From positions 310,001 through 374,000 of the forward strand of contig PNXW01004639.1 in the NCBI GenBank assembly GCA_013265495.1: a stretch of 64,000 bases of DNA, written 5' to 3'. The DNA comes from Vicugna vicugna. Its lineage: Eukaryota. Of the stretch, positions 1 through 13,449 are shown one piece after another. A program made the translations under genes and the position numbers. How positions within the stretch are numbered: position 1 is the first letter of the stretch; every line of letters begins with the position of its first letter. Under the pieces are notes generated by a model that worked only from the letters and a program-made list of their open reading frames with translations, was not told the origin of the DNA and searched no databases.

Positions 1-1653
1 CATGCCTTCAAAAGAAGTTCATTTCAGAGGATTACTGACAGAAATGCAATGACAGCTGAAATCCTTTATGGACTTATGAATAAAAGGATTTGGAACAACC
101 AAGTTACCTTTTTGATATTTTGTTAGCTAATTCAAAAAATAAATTCTTATTGGTATTATTCTGGAAAGAAAAGGAATGCTTATTAAGGAAGACTGTGAAC
201 TACTTAAGGTCTAGTATTATCACGACACCTAGTAAAGAACCTCACACGTGGTGAACATTTTCTACGTGTTCAGTTGAAACAGGAGAAAGACCATGTAAAC
301 TCTTTTAAATTCCAGGCTTCTTTTTCATAATGTTAGCAGAGTTCTCATTTTACCTGTTACAGTTATTATTTTTCTCCACTATAATCATTAAAATAACACA
401 TAACATGTTTATATTCAATTTATTGATGTGTTGCATCTAAATGACCATTGCTCCATTTCGGAAAAGTCCTGTGTGTTTAAGAGCTTGATGTATTTTCTCT
501 TTGCTTTATTTTGTGATGATTGAATATTTTTTAGAATGTATGTTGCAAACCTTCAATATTCCATTTGTATAATAGTTCAAACAGATTTTCTTATTAGCTT
601 GTGGCTGGTTTTTTGTTAGCTAGGTTTCTCCTTCTAGTTCTCTTTTCCTCCCTCCTTCTCTTCATCAGGAAATCAAGGCCCCGTAATAGGGGATTGGGTT
701 ATAGTTACTGAGATGCAGTACCCATCCTGTTTGCATATGACTTAAATGATGACCAAATCCACAGCTCAACCAATTGGTTTTTAATGAGATTCTTGCAGAT
801 TTATATTTTAGTTTGTGTCAGAAATAGGATTCTTTTGCATCATTAACCATGGAAAGGTTAAGGAAGAGAAAATGGAAAGTGAGAGGTTAAAAATATATAA
901 GGTTAATTGAAATTTCAGGTTCTTCTGCAATTAAGGCAATTCCAGCTCAATTTGGTGACAACGAAACATGCTTTGGATTTGTGTTAGCTGTGGTTTTGAG
1001 GTGCAGATTTTTTTTCATTCTGGTTAGTTCTAATCTTGCTAACGATACCAATGATTCAGAAAAAATTTCATTTCCATTTGGATGTAGGCAGTTTCTTTAG
1101 TATAAATTTGAAAGCAAATACAGGACTTTCTAAAGCTAGACCTTACTTCTTTTCTTTCTGAAAAAGAGATGGTCAATGACAAGAGTGAAATTATCTTGAT
1201 CTGAAAAACAGAGCTTTAGTTAAAGAATGTCAGTTTCTTGTCCTAAAAGAATATTTTTAAATATAGTCTTATGTGGATGGTTGAGAGATTGTAATAAAGA
1301 TTAGTACATTACTTTCTTTTTATATTTATTAAAAAAGTAAAACTGACGGATTGTACTTATTATGAAATACTACTGAATATATCAGTAATACACATTTTTA
1401 TTGGCTGCCAAATTTTCTAGCAAATGCTCCATGACACATGAATGTGCTTCTAATTAAATCACTTTATTTGGGGGGAAACAGACCTCATCAGCCAGTTGTT
1501 TTAGTGTTTTACTGTTTCCATGACCTTACTTATTATTATAGATTTTTTTTTAGTTTTATGAACGAGGAATATATTGTCAATGTTTTGTAAACAGCACTAT
1601 AAATTAATACTTACAAAAGATGGCAGTTAAGTAGTTGATGTTGTTCGTGATGC

Positions 1654-1697
1654 TAATAAATAATAATAATAATAATAATAAATAATAATAATAATAA
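1654..1697. repeat. (TAA)n microsatellite
   Basis: taataaataataataataataataataaataataataataataa read directly. Confidence 0.95.
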
Positions 1698-1699
1698 CG

Positions 1700-1792
1700 A
1701 CTCTATCTGAGTCAAATCCTAACTTTGCCACTTGTTTGCTGTGTGATTTTAGGCATGTTATTTGACTTTGGTTCCTATTCTGTAAAATGTCT
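1700..1792 (+). mobile_element. MIR SINE fragment
   Basis: gagtcaaatcctaactttgccacttgtttgctgtgtgattttaggcatgtt...ctgtaaaatg resembles the MIR core. Confidence 0.65.
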
Positions 1793-3034
1793 CTGTTTAC
1801 ACATGTGTAAATTGGCAATAAAAACAATAGCTTGTTCTGAGGATTAATTCATAACTCAATACAGGTAATATGGGTTTTTATTTTTCTATTGAACAGAAGT
1901 TGCATATACTTTGAGCCAGTTCTTTTTCCTGAGCAGACGCACTCAGTCAATTTGGAGTGTCCTCCTTCCTTCCATCCAAGGATTGAGTTTATGTTCTGGG
2001 AATGTGGGAGTGATGGGGTTTTGGTGGGGGCGCCGGAGAGGTCAGATCTGAGCCTTAGTCTTTGCTGATACTCTGGTCTGCTGAGAAGAGCTGTCCACAC
2101 CCCCTGGTCTTCACCATCCAGGTCACTTCTGACATAGGTCTGATTTGTCCACTTCCTTTCTGTCCCCTGTCATAAAGAGAAACTGCCAGGCTATTTGAGG
2201 CCCCAGCTGTTTAGACTCCCTGGGCATCTGTTCCTGCTCTGACCCCATGGCCGGCCCTGGGCTCATCCCCTGGAGTGGGCTCCCGGGCTCCCCACATTCT
2301 CTGGCTCCACAAATCTGTCTGGCAGTTGGCCTGTGTAATGATAATGACCTAGGGAACAGATTTAGAAACACAGAAACTTAACTATCTATAAGATTTATCG
2401 ATACTTCCAATTTTTGGAGGGAGAAAGGATTAAGGACTTTTTTTTTTTAGATTTCAAAGTTATAATGTGTGGTTTGAAAGGAGAAAGAACAGAGAAAGCT
2501 GGTTACAGGTCTGAGGGAATTTAGGAAGAAGGGGAAATAGAGGGAAAAGAGAGGGAGGGGATGTGTTTGGGGGAAATCCAGTGGCCCCCAAATCCCAGTT
2601 TCCCACCCACAGAGGCCTAGGATGTGTAGAGACATGACCAATAACCGTGGGCTCTTACTCCCTCTGAGGGCTGGCCAGGGGACATTTGATCCTGGATATT
2701 TGATCAGTTGGCATTATGACCATTGAACTAAAGACACAGGTGGGAGAAGCCTGCGACCCTAAGAAGGGACTCCAGGTGTTCAGCACCATTCTGTGAATAT
2801 GATAGATTAGTGATTCAGTCAGATGGAAAAATATCTGGAATGTGTTAGGGAGGAGAGATCACTTCTGCCTAGTGACTCAAAGAAAGGAAAGAGAAAGGAG
2901 GAGGAGGCAGTATTTGATTTAGGCCTGGGAAGATACGTGGGGTTTTAAGCCAAAATAAATTTTGCCAAGAAAAATTGTTCTTGCCCTTTTGTATCCAAAG
3001 CTTATCTTTTTCATCCTCCACTTTAATAAATAGA

Positions 3035-3250
3035 ACAGCATTTTTGTGGTGGAAAGCAGGTAGACTCTGGAGCCATCAGAGTCAACACTGTCAGTGAGTA
3101 GCTGGATGACCTCGGCAATCAATCTCCGGACCTCTGTTCAGTGACCATGACTTCTTCCTTCTGGGGTGAGAGGATCAAGGGCTGAAACCTACATGACACA
3201 CCTAAAGCCTCGGGCTCAGCACCTGTAACAACTCAATAAATGCTATTTCT
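3035..3250 (+). mobile_element. MIR SINE
   Basis: gtggtggaaagcaggtagactctggagcc...gacctcggcaa...ctcaataaatgctatt. Confidence 0.7.
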
Positions 3251-5006
3251 TTTCTCTCTGCTGACCCCAGAGCTTTACCATAAAGTTTATTAGTGTGTAC
3301 TAGGGACTTGGATGGAATTTCCACATTCTATAAGTAAATACTTTATAATCATAGTCTCCTTTCTCCTGGAAGCATCTGTAAAATGCAAGACTTCAATTGC
3401 CATTGACACCTAACCCAAATTTGTGTAATCATAAAATGTAACAAAATAACAGAGCCTAAAGTGAGAAATCTGTTTGATATTACAGTTTTTTTTTTAACTG
3501 CTAAATTCTACAGAGAGCTATTTTTAAAGGAAGGACTTTTGCAGAGCAAACATATATGATTTTGCAAGTGGTTGCATTTAGCAGAAAATGCAATGTTTTC
3601 TCCCAATTGACCTCTTAAGAATTAGGTCACAGAATATACTCTGTTCCCCCAAATTGGACTTTGATAACATCTAATTGGACAGTTATGTTTCTCTGTTAGA
3701 TCTTTTTGTTCTTGTTGCATTTACCTCAGCTCAAGAAGAATGAGGCAGCTACCTTGGAGCACAACTAAAAGGCATGACAAGTTTGGGGAATGGGAAAGGA
3801 AACTAGAAACTAGTGTTCTCAGCCAAGCAGGTTCAGCTTGAAGGTGTAGAGATGACAAATGTCTGAGTAAAATTTTTGCATCGAAACGGAGGGGAACTTC
3901 CAGCTTTGTTACTGCAGGGTATGGAGTTGAGGAGAAAAAAATTAAAAGAAAATCCGCTATAAATGGAGAGAAAGTCAAAGTACTGGTCTATAAAAAGTCT
4001 GATTTTGACTTGTGCTAAGGTAAAAGCCCTTTGTAATTATTTTACGCAGCCCCATGCCTGAAATAACTCTGAAATCACAAAACAATAGAATTTATGATAA
4101 ATGAAGAACATCTTGGATTAGCCCTAAAGAAGGATGTTATAATAGAGCAAATAATTGTATCTGAATAAATTACTCATTAATGATATCTGCACAGCACAAT
4201 GGAGTATCAGCAGAAATAGGTTCGTCTTGGGAAACTACGGATGGGCTGACTTTTGACTTGGTTGTTACTCCAAATAATTCAAATCCATCTCTCCTCTGCA
4301 AGACTTCTCTCTTGACAGTGTTAGGCATCTAGCTCATTTTGTGCTGTTTGACCTGTATCATGCATTTTTGTATGACTGAACTGTCTTTTTAAAAATCTAA
4401 GCCTGCCATGTGTAATAGTTTAGCCGAGGGTATGGGTTCACTTTGGTTTTCAAGTTATGAAACCATGTATGAACACCACTGAGATCAGGTGGATTTTTGT
4501 GTGAATGTTTTCCTACTGGTTTGCCTTTTGTTTTGCCTTCATTGGTTACTTGGATTCCACTATACTATTAATTCATTGCTTGAGAGCAGTAGATTCAGGG
4601 TGTTATTTCCTGCGATGTTGTGGATTTCCTTTGGTGTCTTACTCTGCCTGCTTCAGCCTCTTCTTTGACGTGGCACTTTTTGGTTTTTTCGTTCTTTCTG
4701 TTTTCTCATTCAGATTGTATGCTGATTCTAATAAACAGACTGACTTGAGAATTCTCAAATGCTACAAGAGTCCAAAGGAGAGGGATATTCTGTCTGTTTG
4801 GGGCAATTCTTGAAGAGCTAGCAGATGAATGGGGCTCTTGAAAGACCTGTAATGGGTAAAGATGGGGGATGAGCAATCTAAGTAGAAAGAATGACAGGAC
4901 CATGAAGGCAGCAAATATGAGATGTTTTTAGAAAATGATATATTTTACCAAAAAAATTATATATATATAAAGGGAAGTAAGGGGATTTTTGTCTCCAAGT
5001 TAAAAC

Positions 5007-5469
5007 TGTTACCAACCAGGGTTCTTGGACACCATAATCAATAGAAGTTGACAAGAGGCAAGACAAGGAATTCAGGCAAGGCTTTACTGGGACTCGTGCT
5101 ACCGCAGGAGGGAATGAAAACAAGAAACAGGTGCCTTCCTCACTCTCCAAGGAGGGCAGTCTGGTTCCTCAAATGGGGTAAGGGTGGACAGAGCTGGAGT
5201 GATGGCTTAGGTGGTCTTCCCACCCCCTCGGTGGTGCTGTGTGCAGGGCTCATGCCCAGACCCCTGTTTTTGCTCCTGAAACCTCAGAAGTAGCTGTTGG
5301 GTTTTTGGTCTTTTTGTATCTTGTTGTTCAGAATTTGCCCCAACAGTGCTTGAATGCAGCTATTTTCAGTCCCTTATAGTTTCTTCCTATTCTGTTGCTG
5401 GAGGAGATGTTTGTCCAGGTGTAAGCCTTGTAACAAAGGATCCCAGGTCTCAGGTCCCAGGCTGTCTCA
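5007..5469 (-). mobile_element. ERV1-type solo LTR
   Basis: TG...CA termini (tgttacc...tgtctca), perfect 4-bp TSD aaac at 5003-5006 and 5470-5473, and an AGTAAA polyA-like signal on the minus strand. Confidence 0.8.
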
Positions 5470-8214
5470 AAACCTTGTAACAGACAGGATGAAATAAAGC
5501 TCACATGGTATATTTTCTTGTTTAAAATCTATAGCGGTTCAACTTGGAGTAAAAGTAAAACACTAAAATAAAATCTCATAGTAGTTTCGGTATGAAAACA
5601 AAAAAAAGAACGAACCACATTAAGCATTAGTTCTTGAAAAGTGGTGACCTGTACATGCTCTTTAGACAAGCTCAGTGCAGTTTCCTAGGCTAGGGAAAGG
5701 TTATCATTAGCCAGAGTGTATCCTCGTCCTTCAGTGGCTTTAGGTTCCTCTGCCAAAGGATAGAGATGTAAGGCGTCCAGGCCTTCAACTGTGCGACTCA
5801 GAGGGAAACGTTCCCTGGAAAGGAGCAGAGGGCTGTTGACAGGTCCGCACAGGCTTACCACTTGCCCCTTGTGGTAAGTGATTATAACTCCACTTGCTCT
5901 GCCTGCAGAGGCAAGTCATGGATTAGCTGGTTCCAGAAATATAAAAATAATGCATCCAAAAATGTCGTGTACAACTTAAATTTGAGGATTTCTGAGAAGG
6001 AGGCCAAAAGAGCAAAAACTCTGGAGCAAAGACTTTTGGATACCAATATTATATCATCCTCAGTATCCATCATTCTCAAACTTGTTTTTATTATAAAATA
6101 ATCTTTCTGTAACTAGAAATTTCCAAGGCTTAGGCTGCAATCACCATGATAGCTTATATTTTCATGAAATAGTAACTTCTGCTGCTCTAAGATGAGGATA
6201 AAATTAGAAGGGTTTTCTGATAATAAAGAAAAAAAGATGAAAGAAAACGTTACTTATGTAGCGTAATTTTGGGAATGAAATGTTTAAGCAATTTGAGAAA
6301 AGTGAACCTGTACTGATAACAACAACAACAAAAAACCTATCATTTACTTTAATGGGAAAAGTTCGAATTTTCTGCAAAGTTGGGTCAAATCCCAAAATAC
6401 CATACGACTTTGTAACAGAAAAATGAAGACCATCTATTGTATTCAAACCATGTGTTCAGGCTAAAAGGTAATGTTAACTGGATTTCCTGAATCCAGCCTA
6501 GAAACTTTGATACCCTTCTGTGTCATGTGGGAGCTTAGAAGCCTCTCCCTACAGAGCCTCAGACCTGCCTTTTATCAGTCGGGGCTGCCCCGTCTCCAGT
6601 TGTGTTCCTATTAAATTCTGTTGTAACTCCTCCTGGTAAAGGGACAGAAGTTGGCTATTCTTTCCTTTGTCTCTTTTTTACAGCAGTGTGGCTCAATCTG
6701 GGCCTGCGAGTTTCAGGAATAAATAGATATTATGGGCCAAGAAAAGAGTAAGAATAGAATTGTGAGGTTGACCTAGCTATTAGAGTCTTTTCCCCTATTA
6801 GCGAGGAAGAACACCTGCTTCAATCTAATAGGGTATTTGAGGCCAAGCTTTGGAGGCCCTCAGGCATCCTGAAATATAATTCAGATAATATGGAAAAGAT
6901 ACATACTAAAGCTCCTGAAATTCAGCACCTGCAGATTTTCATCTCTTCCTGTTACAAAGCGACAATGATTGTCATTCTCTTATCTGTGCACAAAGCATGA
7001 ACGTTCATTGATGGCTGTTCTTCCTGAATTATATTTGGTCTATTAGGAAAAACCCGTCTGTAATCAGTTTAGAAACAGAGTGAGTCAGGATGGAATGTCA
7101 CAGATGGGCAGCGAAACTTTAATTCATGCTTTTATGATATCCAACTCGGATGACAGTGGTTCTCTGCCTCCAGGTCTCCTTCAGGTGTCCCAGGACAAAG
7201 CAGAGATAGCTTGTACAAGTAGGCAACCCTTGAGATTTGAAGCATGCAGAGTCTGATCAATGAGTACCTCTGTTTGGAGAATTTGGTTCTGGCTGCCGGT
7301 TAAGGCCGGGAGTGACTGTACGGGGTCCTAGGGATGTGTTTTTGAAACACGGTGTGAATCCAAATGAGTTTCAGGTTCCCTATTGTCCAAGCCCAATTCT
7401 ACTTAGCTGTAAAAACGTGGGGCTTTCATTTGTTCAGAGCTGTTACTATAAATCACGATGCCCCGTAGCTTTTGCAAGCAGTTCTGGAATAGATTTTTCC
7501 CAGAGTCAGATTACTGGACCTGTTGTTGAATTTAGGTCAAGACTAAAGTGACTCATTTAATTTGCTTTCTTTTAACACTACGGTATTCTTTCTGTGCCTT
7601 TCATGTGGCTTTGCCAGGATTTTTTTTTTAAATTTCTTTAAGATCTTAGCATTCTAGTATTTCGAAGGTTTAAAATAAACACGGTTGAAATCTTGTTTAG
7701 AAGTGTGCTCCTACCAGTTTCTCACTGGTGAAAGAGAAAACCAAACAGTCTGTGTTTTCCTTTTAATGTAGTTCTATTGTATAGGATATTTTATCAACAT
7801 GCTCTATCGTTTTTCACAGGTATATTTTTACCATGAGTTCCCAAGTCGTCCTATTTGTTTGTTTGAAAATAAATTACTAAAATGCATTTCCACTTTTCAC
7901 CCCTCAATATCTGGAAACAGAAATAGCAATAAAAGCCTTTATTTCTGAATATGGTCACATAATTCTGTCTTTATCTACTGGCATTTTCCCATTTCTTTTA
8001 AACATGTTTCCTCTGCTACTTAGACACACATTTGTCATATGCATTGAAGTCAATGTAATTATTCTCCCTTTGTAACTCTTGGTCGTATTTTGCTTGTGAT
8101 AGCAGCTTTATGCAAATTCAGTATCAGGAATACCTATTTTAAGAAAAAGATATACTATTAGTGACTAACTACCATGGTTTTAGTCTCCCTGAGCCTGGGA
8201 TATCCCTTGGCTCT

Positions 8215-8420
8215 AGAATTATCGGTAGCACAAAATGAGACACAGCAATGAGATATGAAATTGAAAACGTGGAATTCACAGACAAGCCACTTTGCTTTTT
8301 GAGCTTCTTGTCTCATCAAATAGACAGTTGTCATTCACACCTCTCACGTGGCTTTTGTAAGGATTAAAGGAGACATGAAAGCACTTCAGAGCTTATAAGA
8401 CTGGCAAATATTAGTTATTT
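8215..8420 (+). mobile_element. MIR SINE fragment
   Basis: gacaagccacttt...tgtaaggattaaaggagacatgaaagcacttc...ggcaaatattagttatt. Confidence 0.55.
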
Positions 8421-10019
8421 ACAATAGTGCTCTAGTGAAGGAATGCTTTTATTGACAAGAAACAAAGTATTTAACAACTAAATTCAGCATTTACTTCTGA
8501 AGCTCAGAATTTCTTCTATTAACAGCTGAACCCCTCCCTTCTGTTTTTTGCTATATATTCTCTTCCACTTTGGGGGTTTATTACTAGGGTGAAACAATGC
8601 ATATGTGTGACCTCTAAATTGTATTTTAGTAAAAATCAGATAATAAAGGCTTTAAACACGTTTCCAAAAAATATAGCAGGAAAGATGGAGCGTGAAAATA
8701 TATTCTAATAAAGCCCTTTTGAAATATTTCACTCTGTTATGTTCACAATAATAAAAATAGTCACATGTTTCTAGTCACAAAATAGACTGGTAATTACGTT
8801 AGCATTAATACACAATCCATTTCTATACTTTTCTCCAGTATTTCTTTAATGTTGTGAAAACAGAACATGGGGTTGTTCTTTTTCAGTTGATCTGAGAGCC
8901 ATTTTTGAACTTACCTCTGAGCCTTTCCTAGTAAGGGAAACAGAATTTCAATGCCCGAGTGTGCAGATGGTACCGTGTGGAATGGGATAGGAGAATGTGG
9001 TGTCATTCCCCTCCTGGTTCCTCTGCTCCCTGGTCTGTTGGGTGAAATTGCCCCCTTTGTCTGAGAAATAAAGGAGGCCTATCTGCAGCTTTTCCTAGGG
9101 AATCACAAATGAGCTCCTCTAATTCTGTGGACCAAGTCCCTTTTCAGTCCAAACAGAGCAGGTACCTTTACCGTAGGGACACAGACCCCAACAATAGGGC
9201 AGCTTTTTCTCTTGAACTATTTTAAGCTCATAGGCTTCTTGGCTTCTTGCTTCATTGTGTTTTCTCCCTGAACTTTCCACTGAGTTTTTTCTTCTTTCCT
9301 TTGTATTTTATCATAGCCAAACTCATATGTATTAATTTTTAGAAAAGAAATATTTATAAGTGGGGAGACTTGTCTCAGAGATAAACTAATAATTCATGCA
9401 TGTCCATGTAACACTCACTCTACTTGACAGTAATTCTGGGTATTAACTGTAAAACAATTTCATAAGTCTTCATCCAGGACCAATTCACTTAGCTTTAAAA
9501 AAGCAAACAGGAGACGTGATAGTGCATGACTACTAACAATATAGTAAGCTCACCCTGGCGAGCTTCCAGTGTCCCCAAGTTACCTCTAGTGTTTGTATAT
9601 TACTTTGTCATTGACCAGCTAATAAACCTTTCCTTCCAGCTGGTACAAAATGGAAGTAAAGAGAAACAGCTAGCAAATGCACATATGGAAAGGCATGGTT
9701 GGACTTCCTTTTAGAGACTGGGTTGAAATAATTATAGGGAATAAATGAGCTCTGGATATGTCACTTCATATAGGATGAATTCTTCTCTGTATGACCCTAC
9801 TGCTGTCTCATCCCCTAAGTCAATATTTTTTAACCAATATTGGCTGAACATACGCCATGGGGTAGGTGCTTTGGTAAAAACTGCACATACAGATAGAGTT
9901 CTTGGCTTAAGGAACACATGAATTACTTATTTGACTAGAATATTTCACTTGTAGGAAATGTATTTGGGGGGAGGTTTCTGTCTAAATAACATTGAAAATA
10001 ACAAACATGTACTGTCTTG

Positions 10020-10250
10020 TAGAGGCAGCACAGCATAAGGGTTAAAGTGTAGACTCTAAATGTCACCTCTCAAAGGGCTGAACATTGGAAAAGTGGTTTA
10101 ATCTTTCTGCTGTTTGCCTCTTAATCTACAAAAAAAAAAAACCCAGAATCTACAACAGAATCTAATTCATAGGTTTGTTATAAGGCTTAAATGAGTTAAT
10201 ACTCATATAGTACTTAGAATAGTGCCTGGATTCAAATAACTGTTTAAAAA
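10020..10250 (+). mobile_element. MIR SINE
   Basis: agaggcagcacagcataagggttaaagtgtagactct...aaatgagttaatactcatatagtacttagaatagtgcctgg. Confidence 0.8.
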
Positions 10251-10307
10251 TAAATGAAATCCCTTACTTATCGCAAGGACAGATCTCACATTAGAAATTT
10301 CAAGACT

Positions 10308-10830
10308 TTATGAGCCATCTATTGTTGTGTGACACATTTCCCCCAAACCTAGCAGGTTTAAACAAAAATCATTCTTTGATAGACTCCAGTGGGTCAGAAA
10401 TCTTCAACCTGGTGTGGCTGTGTGTCTCCAACAAGGACATCTCATGAGGCTGCAACTAAACTGTTAGCAGAGGCTACAGACATCTCAGGTCTTGATGGAG
10501 GAGGACTGACTTCTAAACTCATCCCTGTGACTATGGTCATGTCTCTGGTCCTCACAGGCTTTTGGACGGAGATGGTTCCATTCCATATGGGCCTCTTCAT
10601 GCATCACTAGCATGGAGACTGGCTTCCCTCCAAGTGAAGGAAGAGGGAAAAAAGCCACCAAAATAGGAACCGCCACTATGGAAGGAAATGAGATTCCAAT
10701 ACTTTTACTGTATTCCACTCACTAAAAGCAAATCACTAGGGCCAGGCTACACTCAAGGGGAGATAATTTACATAAGGGCATGAATACCAGGAAATAGGGT
10801 TCCTTGGGGACCATCTTAGAGCCTGTCAAT
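10308..10830 (-). mobile_element. MaLR LTR (MLT1 family)
   Basis: tctattgttgtgtgacacatttcccccaaacctagcaggtttaaacaa start, and cactcaaggggag...gggcatgaataccagg...ggggaccatcttaga end, typical of reverse MLT1. Confidence 0.8.
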
Positions 10831-11139
10831 CTTTGTGATGATGTGCATTTTTTAAGCCTATAAATGTTAAATATAATGCATTTCCATTAATGGAGAGCCT
10901 GAAGTCCATTGTCTCTCTTTGAAATATACAAAGACCTCTGGTTACTTGAAGGTGCCAGACAGATGTATTCTTGTACTGGAAACTGACACTCTCTTTTCTC
11001 TGACTCTGTTTCTTGTTGAGCAGAGTCTCCAGCACCAATTATCAGTCCAAAGGGGAGGTGGGGTGGCTCCAACTCCTTGTAGAATAGCTGAGATCATTAC
11101 TATACCAGCCAGCAGGAACCGAAGTCCAGCCGCTCTGAC

Positions 11140-11585
11140 TTGTATCTTGGTATGGAAGTCACCAAGGAAAGCACAACCCAGACAAGCACTGGATGGGGCA
11201 ATGGTTTCCTTTCATAGAGAAGAGACGGCTCAAGATCAGCCTTAATGGTGGGCACTCGTCCCCTGCGGCCAGCAGGTCTCTTCCCACAGCGACACCAGGT
11301 GATTCACCCACATACACGCCTCTCATGCCACAATGGGGAAGGACCCCTTCACCTCCCCAGAGAGGGGATATGCCAGGTGCCATATCTCACACACAGGCTT
11401 AAGCAGAACACAAGAGCCCACACTGGCCCGAAACAAGGAGTGATACTCCCACACAAGGTGATAAACCCAGCGCAGGCTGTGTGGGTTCCTTATCTCTCAG
11501 TAAGGAAGTGCTCCAGGTCCCAGGCGCATCTTCTGCAATGCCATGGTGGAAAGATTGCATGCCCCAGACTGCCATTCCCACCATT
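11140..11585 (-). mobile_element. ERVL-class LTR (MER54/MER74/MER88-like)
   Basis: reverse complement begins tggtgggaatggcagtctggggcatgcaatctttc...agataaggaacccacacagcctgcgctgggtttatc; discrete GC-rich block. Confidence 0.5.
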
Positions 11586-12652
11586 TCTGTTTGTGTGTGG
11601 TTTGTGGTGGTTGTACCTGCTCTGATTTGTGGGTTTGCCATATAGAATTTCGTCAAGACGATGGTTTTTGGAACAGTTCTCAGAGAAACTCAAACAGAAT
11701 GGCTTCTTTGTCTTCAAGGTCCCCAAAGTATGATTCACAGAGTATTTTTACCCTTTTGAGAAACTATATTATGTTTTAAATCATTCATTTAAAACTAAAC
11801 CATGAGGATGAGTAAAAGAATGATGAGAAGAAAAGTGCTCATTGAATTCAATATGGATAATCAACCCATACCATTCAAGACAAAAAGAGGGAACCAGGGT
11901 TGTAAGACAAGGGTGTTATGATTTCATTTGGCCCTGAGGTATGCAGGTATACTCTGTTTCATCCAGGTCAGTTCCATCAAACGCACATAATTGAGATTTT
12001 GTTGCCAGTGAACTTAAGTTGTGTGGACTTAGACAATTCTCCTTATACCACATGCTTTGTGTGAACTCTCTCTGAAGTGTATTTGGAAGAGACAACACTT
12101 TTTTTTTTTCTTCCTGGTTGTGTTTCAGTTAGAATTCCTGTGCTTATCTTGTGCCTGACCTTTTTTTAAAACCTTAATTTAAATGAGGAGCAAAGAATTC
12201 AACATTCTCTTACAAGGTCCATTCTAGCTGCAACATCTTTCAATTCTGTGTGTCAAAAAGGTGCAGAGCTGTTCTGAATTGTGAGTAGGGTGGCAATGAA
12301 CTCTTGTTTTCCCAGAATGTGAATGGTAAAGCACGATCTCTAAACATCACAGTAACAACAAAATTATGCTTCTGTATTTTTTTTTTTTATGAACAGAGAG
12401 AGTAGAGAAACTTCATCGTGAGAGATTTACTGTCTAGGTTAAAAACATTAATTTAACCAATAAATAATTTTTGTTAGAAGAAATAATTATTTCTCTTGTC
12501 TCTGATTAGATGATTGGCATAACCCCAGCTTCTCATCCTATTTCTTCCCTATTATTTCTGAACCCTTCTTTATTAATTATCCTCTCTTTCTATTTCATCT
12601 TCAATTTCTCCCTCCCCACTAGCCTCTTCCCTTTGTCTATAAAACAAAATAG

Positions 12653-12810
12653 ACACAGGGAACTATATGCAATATCTTGTAACAACCTGTAATGAAGAAG
12701 AGTATGAAAGGAAACATATGTATGTATATGCATAACTGGGACATTGTGCTGTACACCAGAAATTGACATGTTGTAACTGACCAGACTCTAATTAAAAAAA
12801 ATTTTTTTAA
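12653..12810 (+). mobile_element. L1 3' end fragment (cetartiodactyl-type)
   Basis: acagggaactatatgcaatatcttgtaacaacctgtaatg...tgctgtacaccagaaattgac... followed by an A-rich tail. Confidence 0.85.
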
Positions 12811-12939
12811 TAGAACTTTTCCTTTGGTCATGCTATTTCCTCAGAAAACTGGCTTCTGATGTGCCTTTTAAATTAACAAAATTTTTGGAAAGAGAACATT
12901 TTTCCACCCTCAAATATTCAAATTCTGCTTTATCCTGTC

Positions 12940-13330
12940 ATTCTTTAACCCTCAACAATTTGCCTTCTACCATAAGTCTGTAACAACGGCTTGACAAACC
13001 TGAAGGTCACATGATTGTGTAACATAAACAACGGTCCTTTTCCAGTTTGCATCCTCCTTGATAAGCCCTTGACAGCTAACACTAAGGCCCCTCATCCCTT
13101 TTGCAGAAATCAATCACCCTGGCTTTCTTGACACAGTGTTTGATAGTCCTCCTGTCTCTGACTTCTTTATCTGTTGCTATTAATTTTCTCCCTGTTATTC
13201 CAAAAATTCCACCCATCTTTCCTAGCTGTGTAGCCTTCTCTTGGCTTTTATAGCCACTCTCCTAACTTTAACCATTTCTTTCTGCTATTCCACTAATCCT
13301 AATCTCTCTCCTGAATTCTACACCTTATAC
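12940..13330 (+). mobile_element. L2 LINE fragment
   Basis: pyrimidine-rich L2-like run: aaggtcacatga...tttccagtttgcatcctccttga...ctggctttcttgacac...ctctctcctgaattc. Confidence 0.55.
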
Positions 13331-13449
13331 TTTTGATTTAGAGAAATTTGGACACTAAAAATGTCTTAGTCATACTGATTACCTATTCAAGTAAATTATC
13401 AAAAAGGAGACATAGTAACAAGAAATCAGAGTGCTATTATAAAGCAACT

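Noticed and set aside
1..126. Open frame at window start (HAFKRSSFQRITDRNAMTAEILYGLMNKRIWNNQVTFLIFC*) as a terminal coding exon
   Set aside because: Short and not recognisable as any protein; cannot be supported without upstream sequence
2779..2798. REST/RE1 site (ttcagcacc)
   Set aside because: Left half only; the GGACAG half is absent
5836..5880. Micro-exon ending in gtg/gtaagt
   Set aside because: Good donor but no polypyrimidine tract at the putative acceptor; isolated splice-like motifs occur on both strands throughout
10826..11779. Dense cluster of overlapping ORFs
   Set aside because: Explained largely by GC-rich LTR sequence with few stop codons
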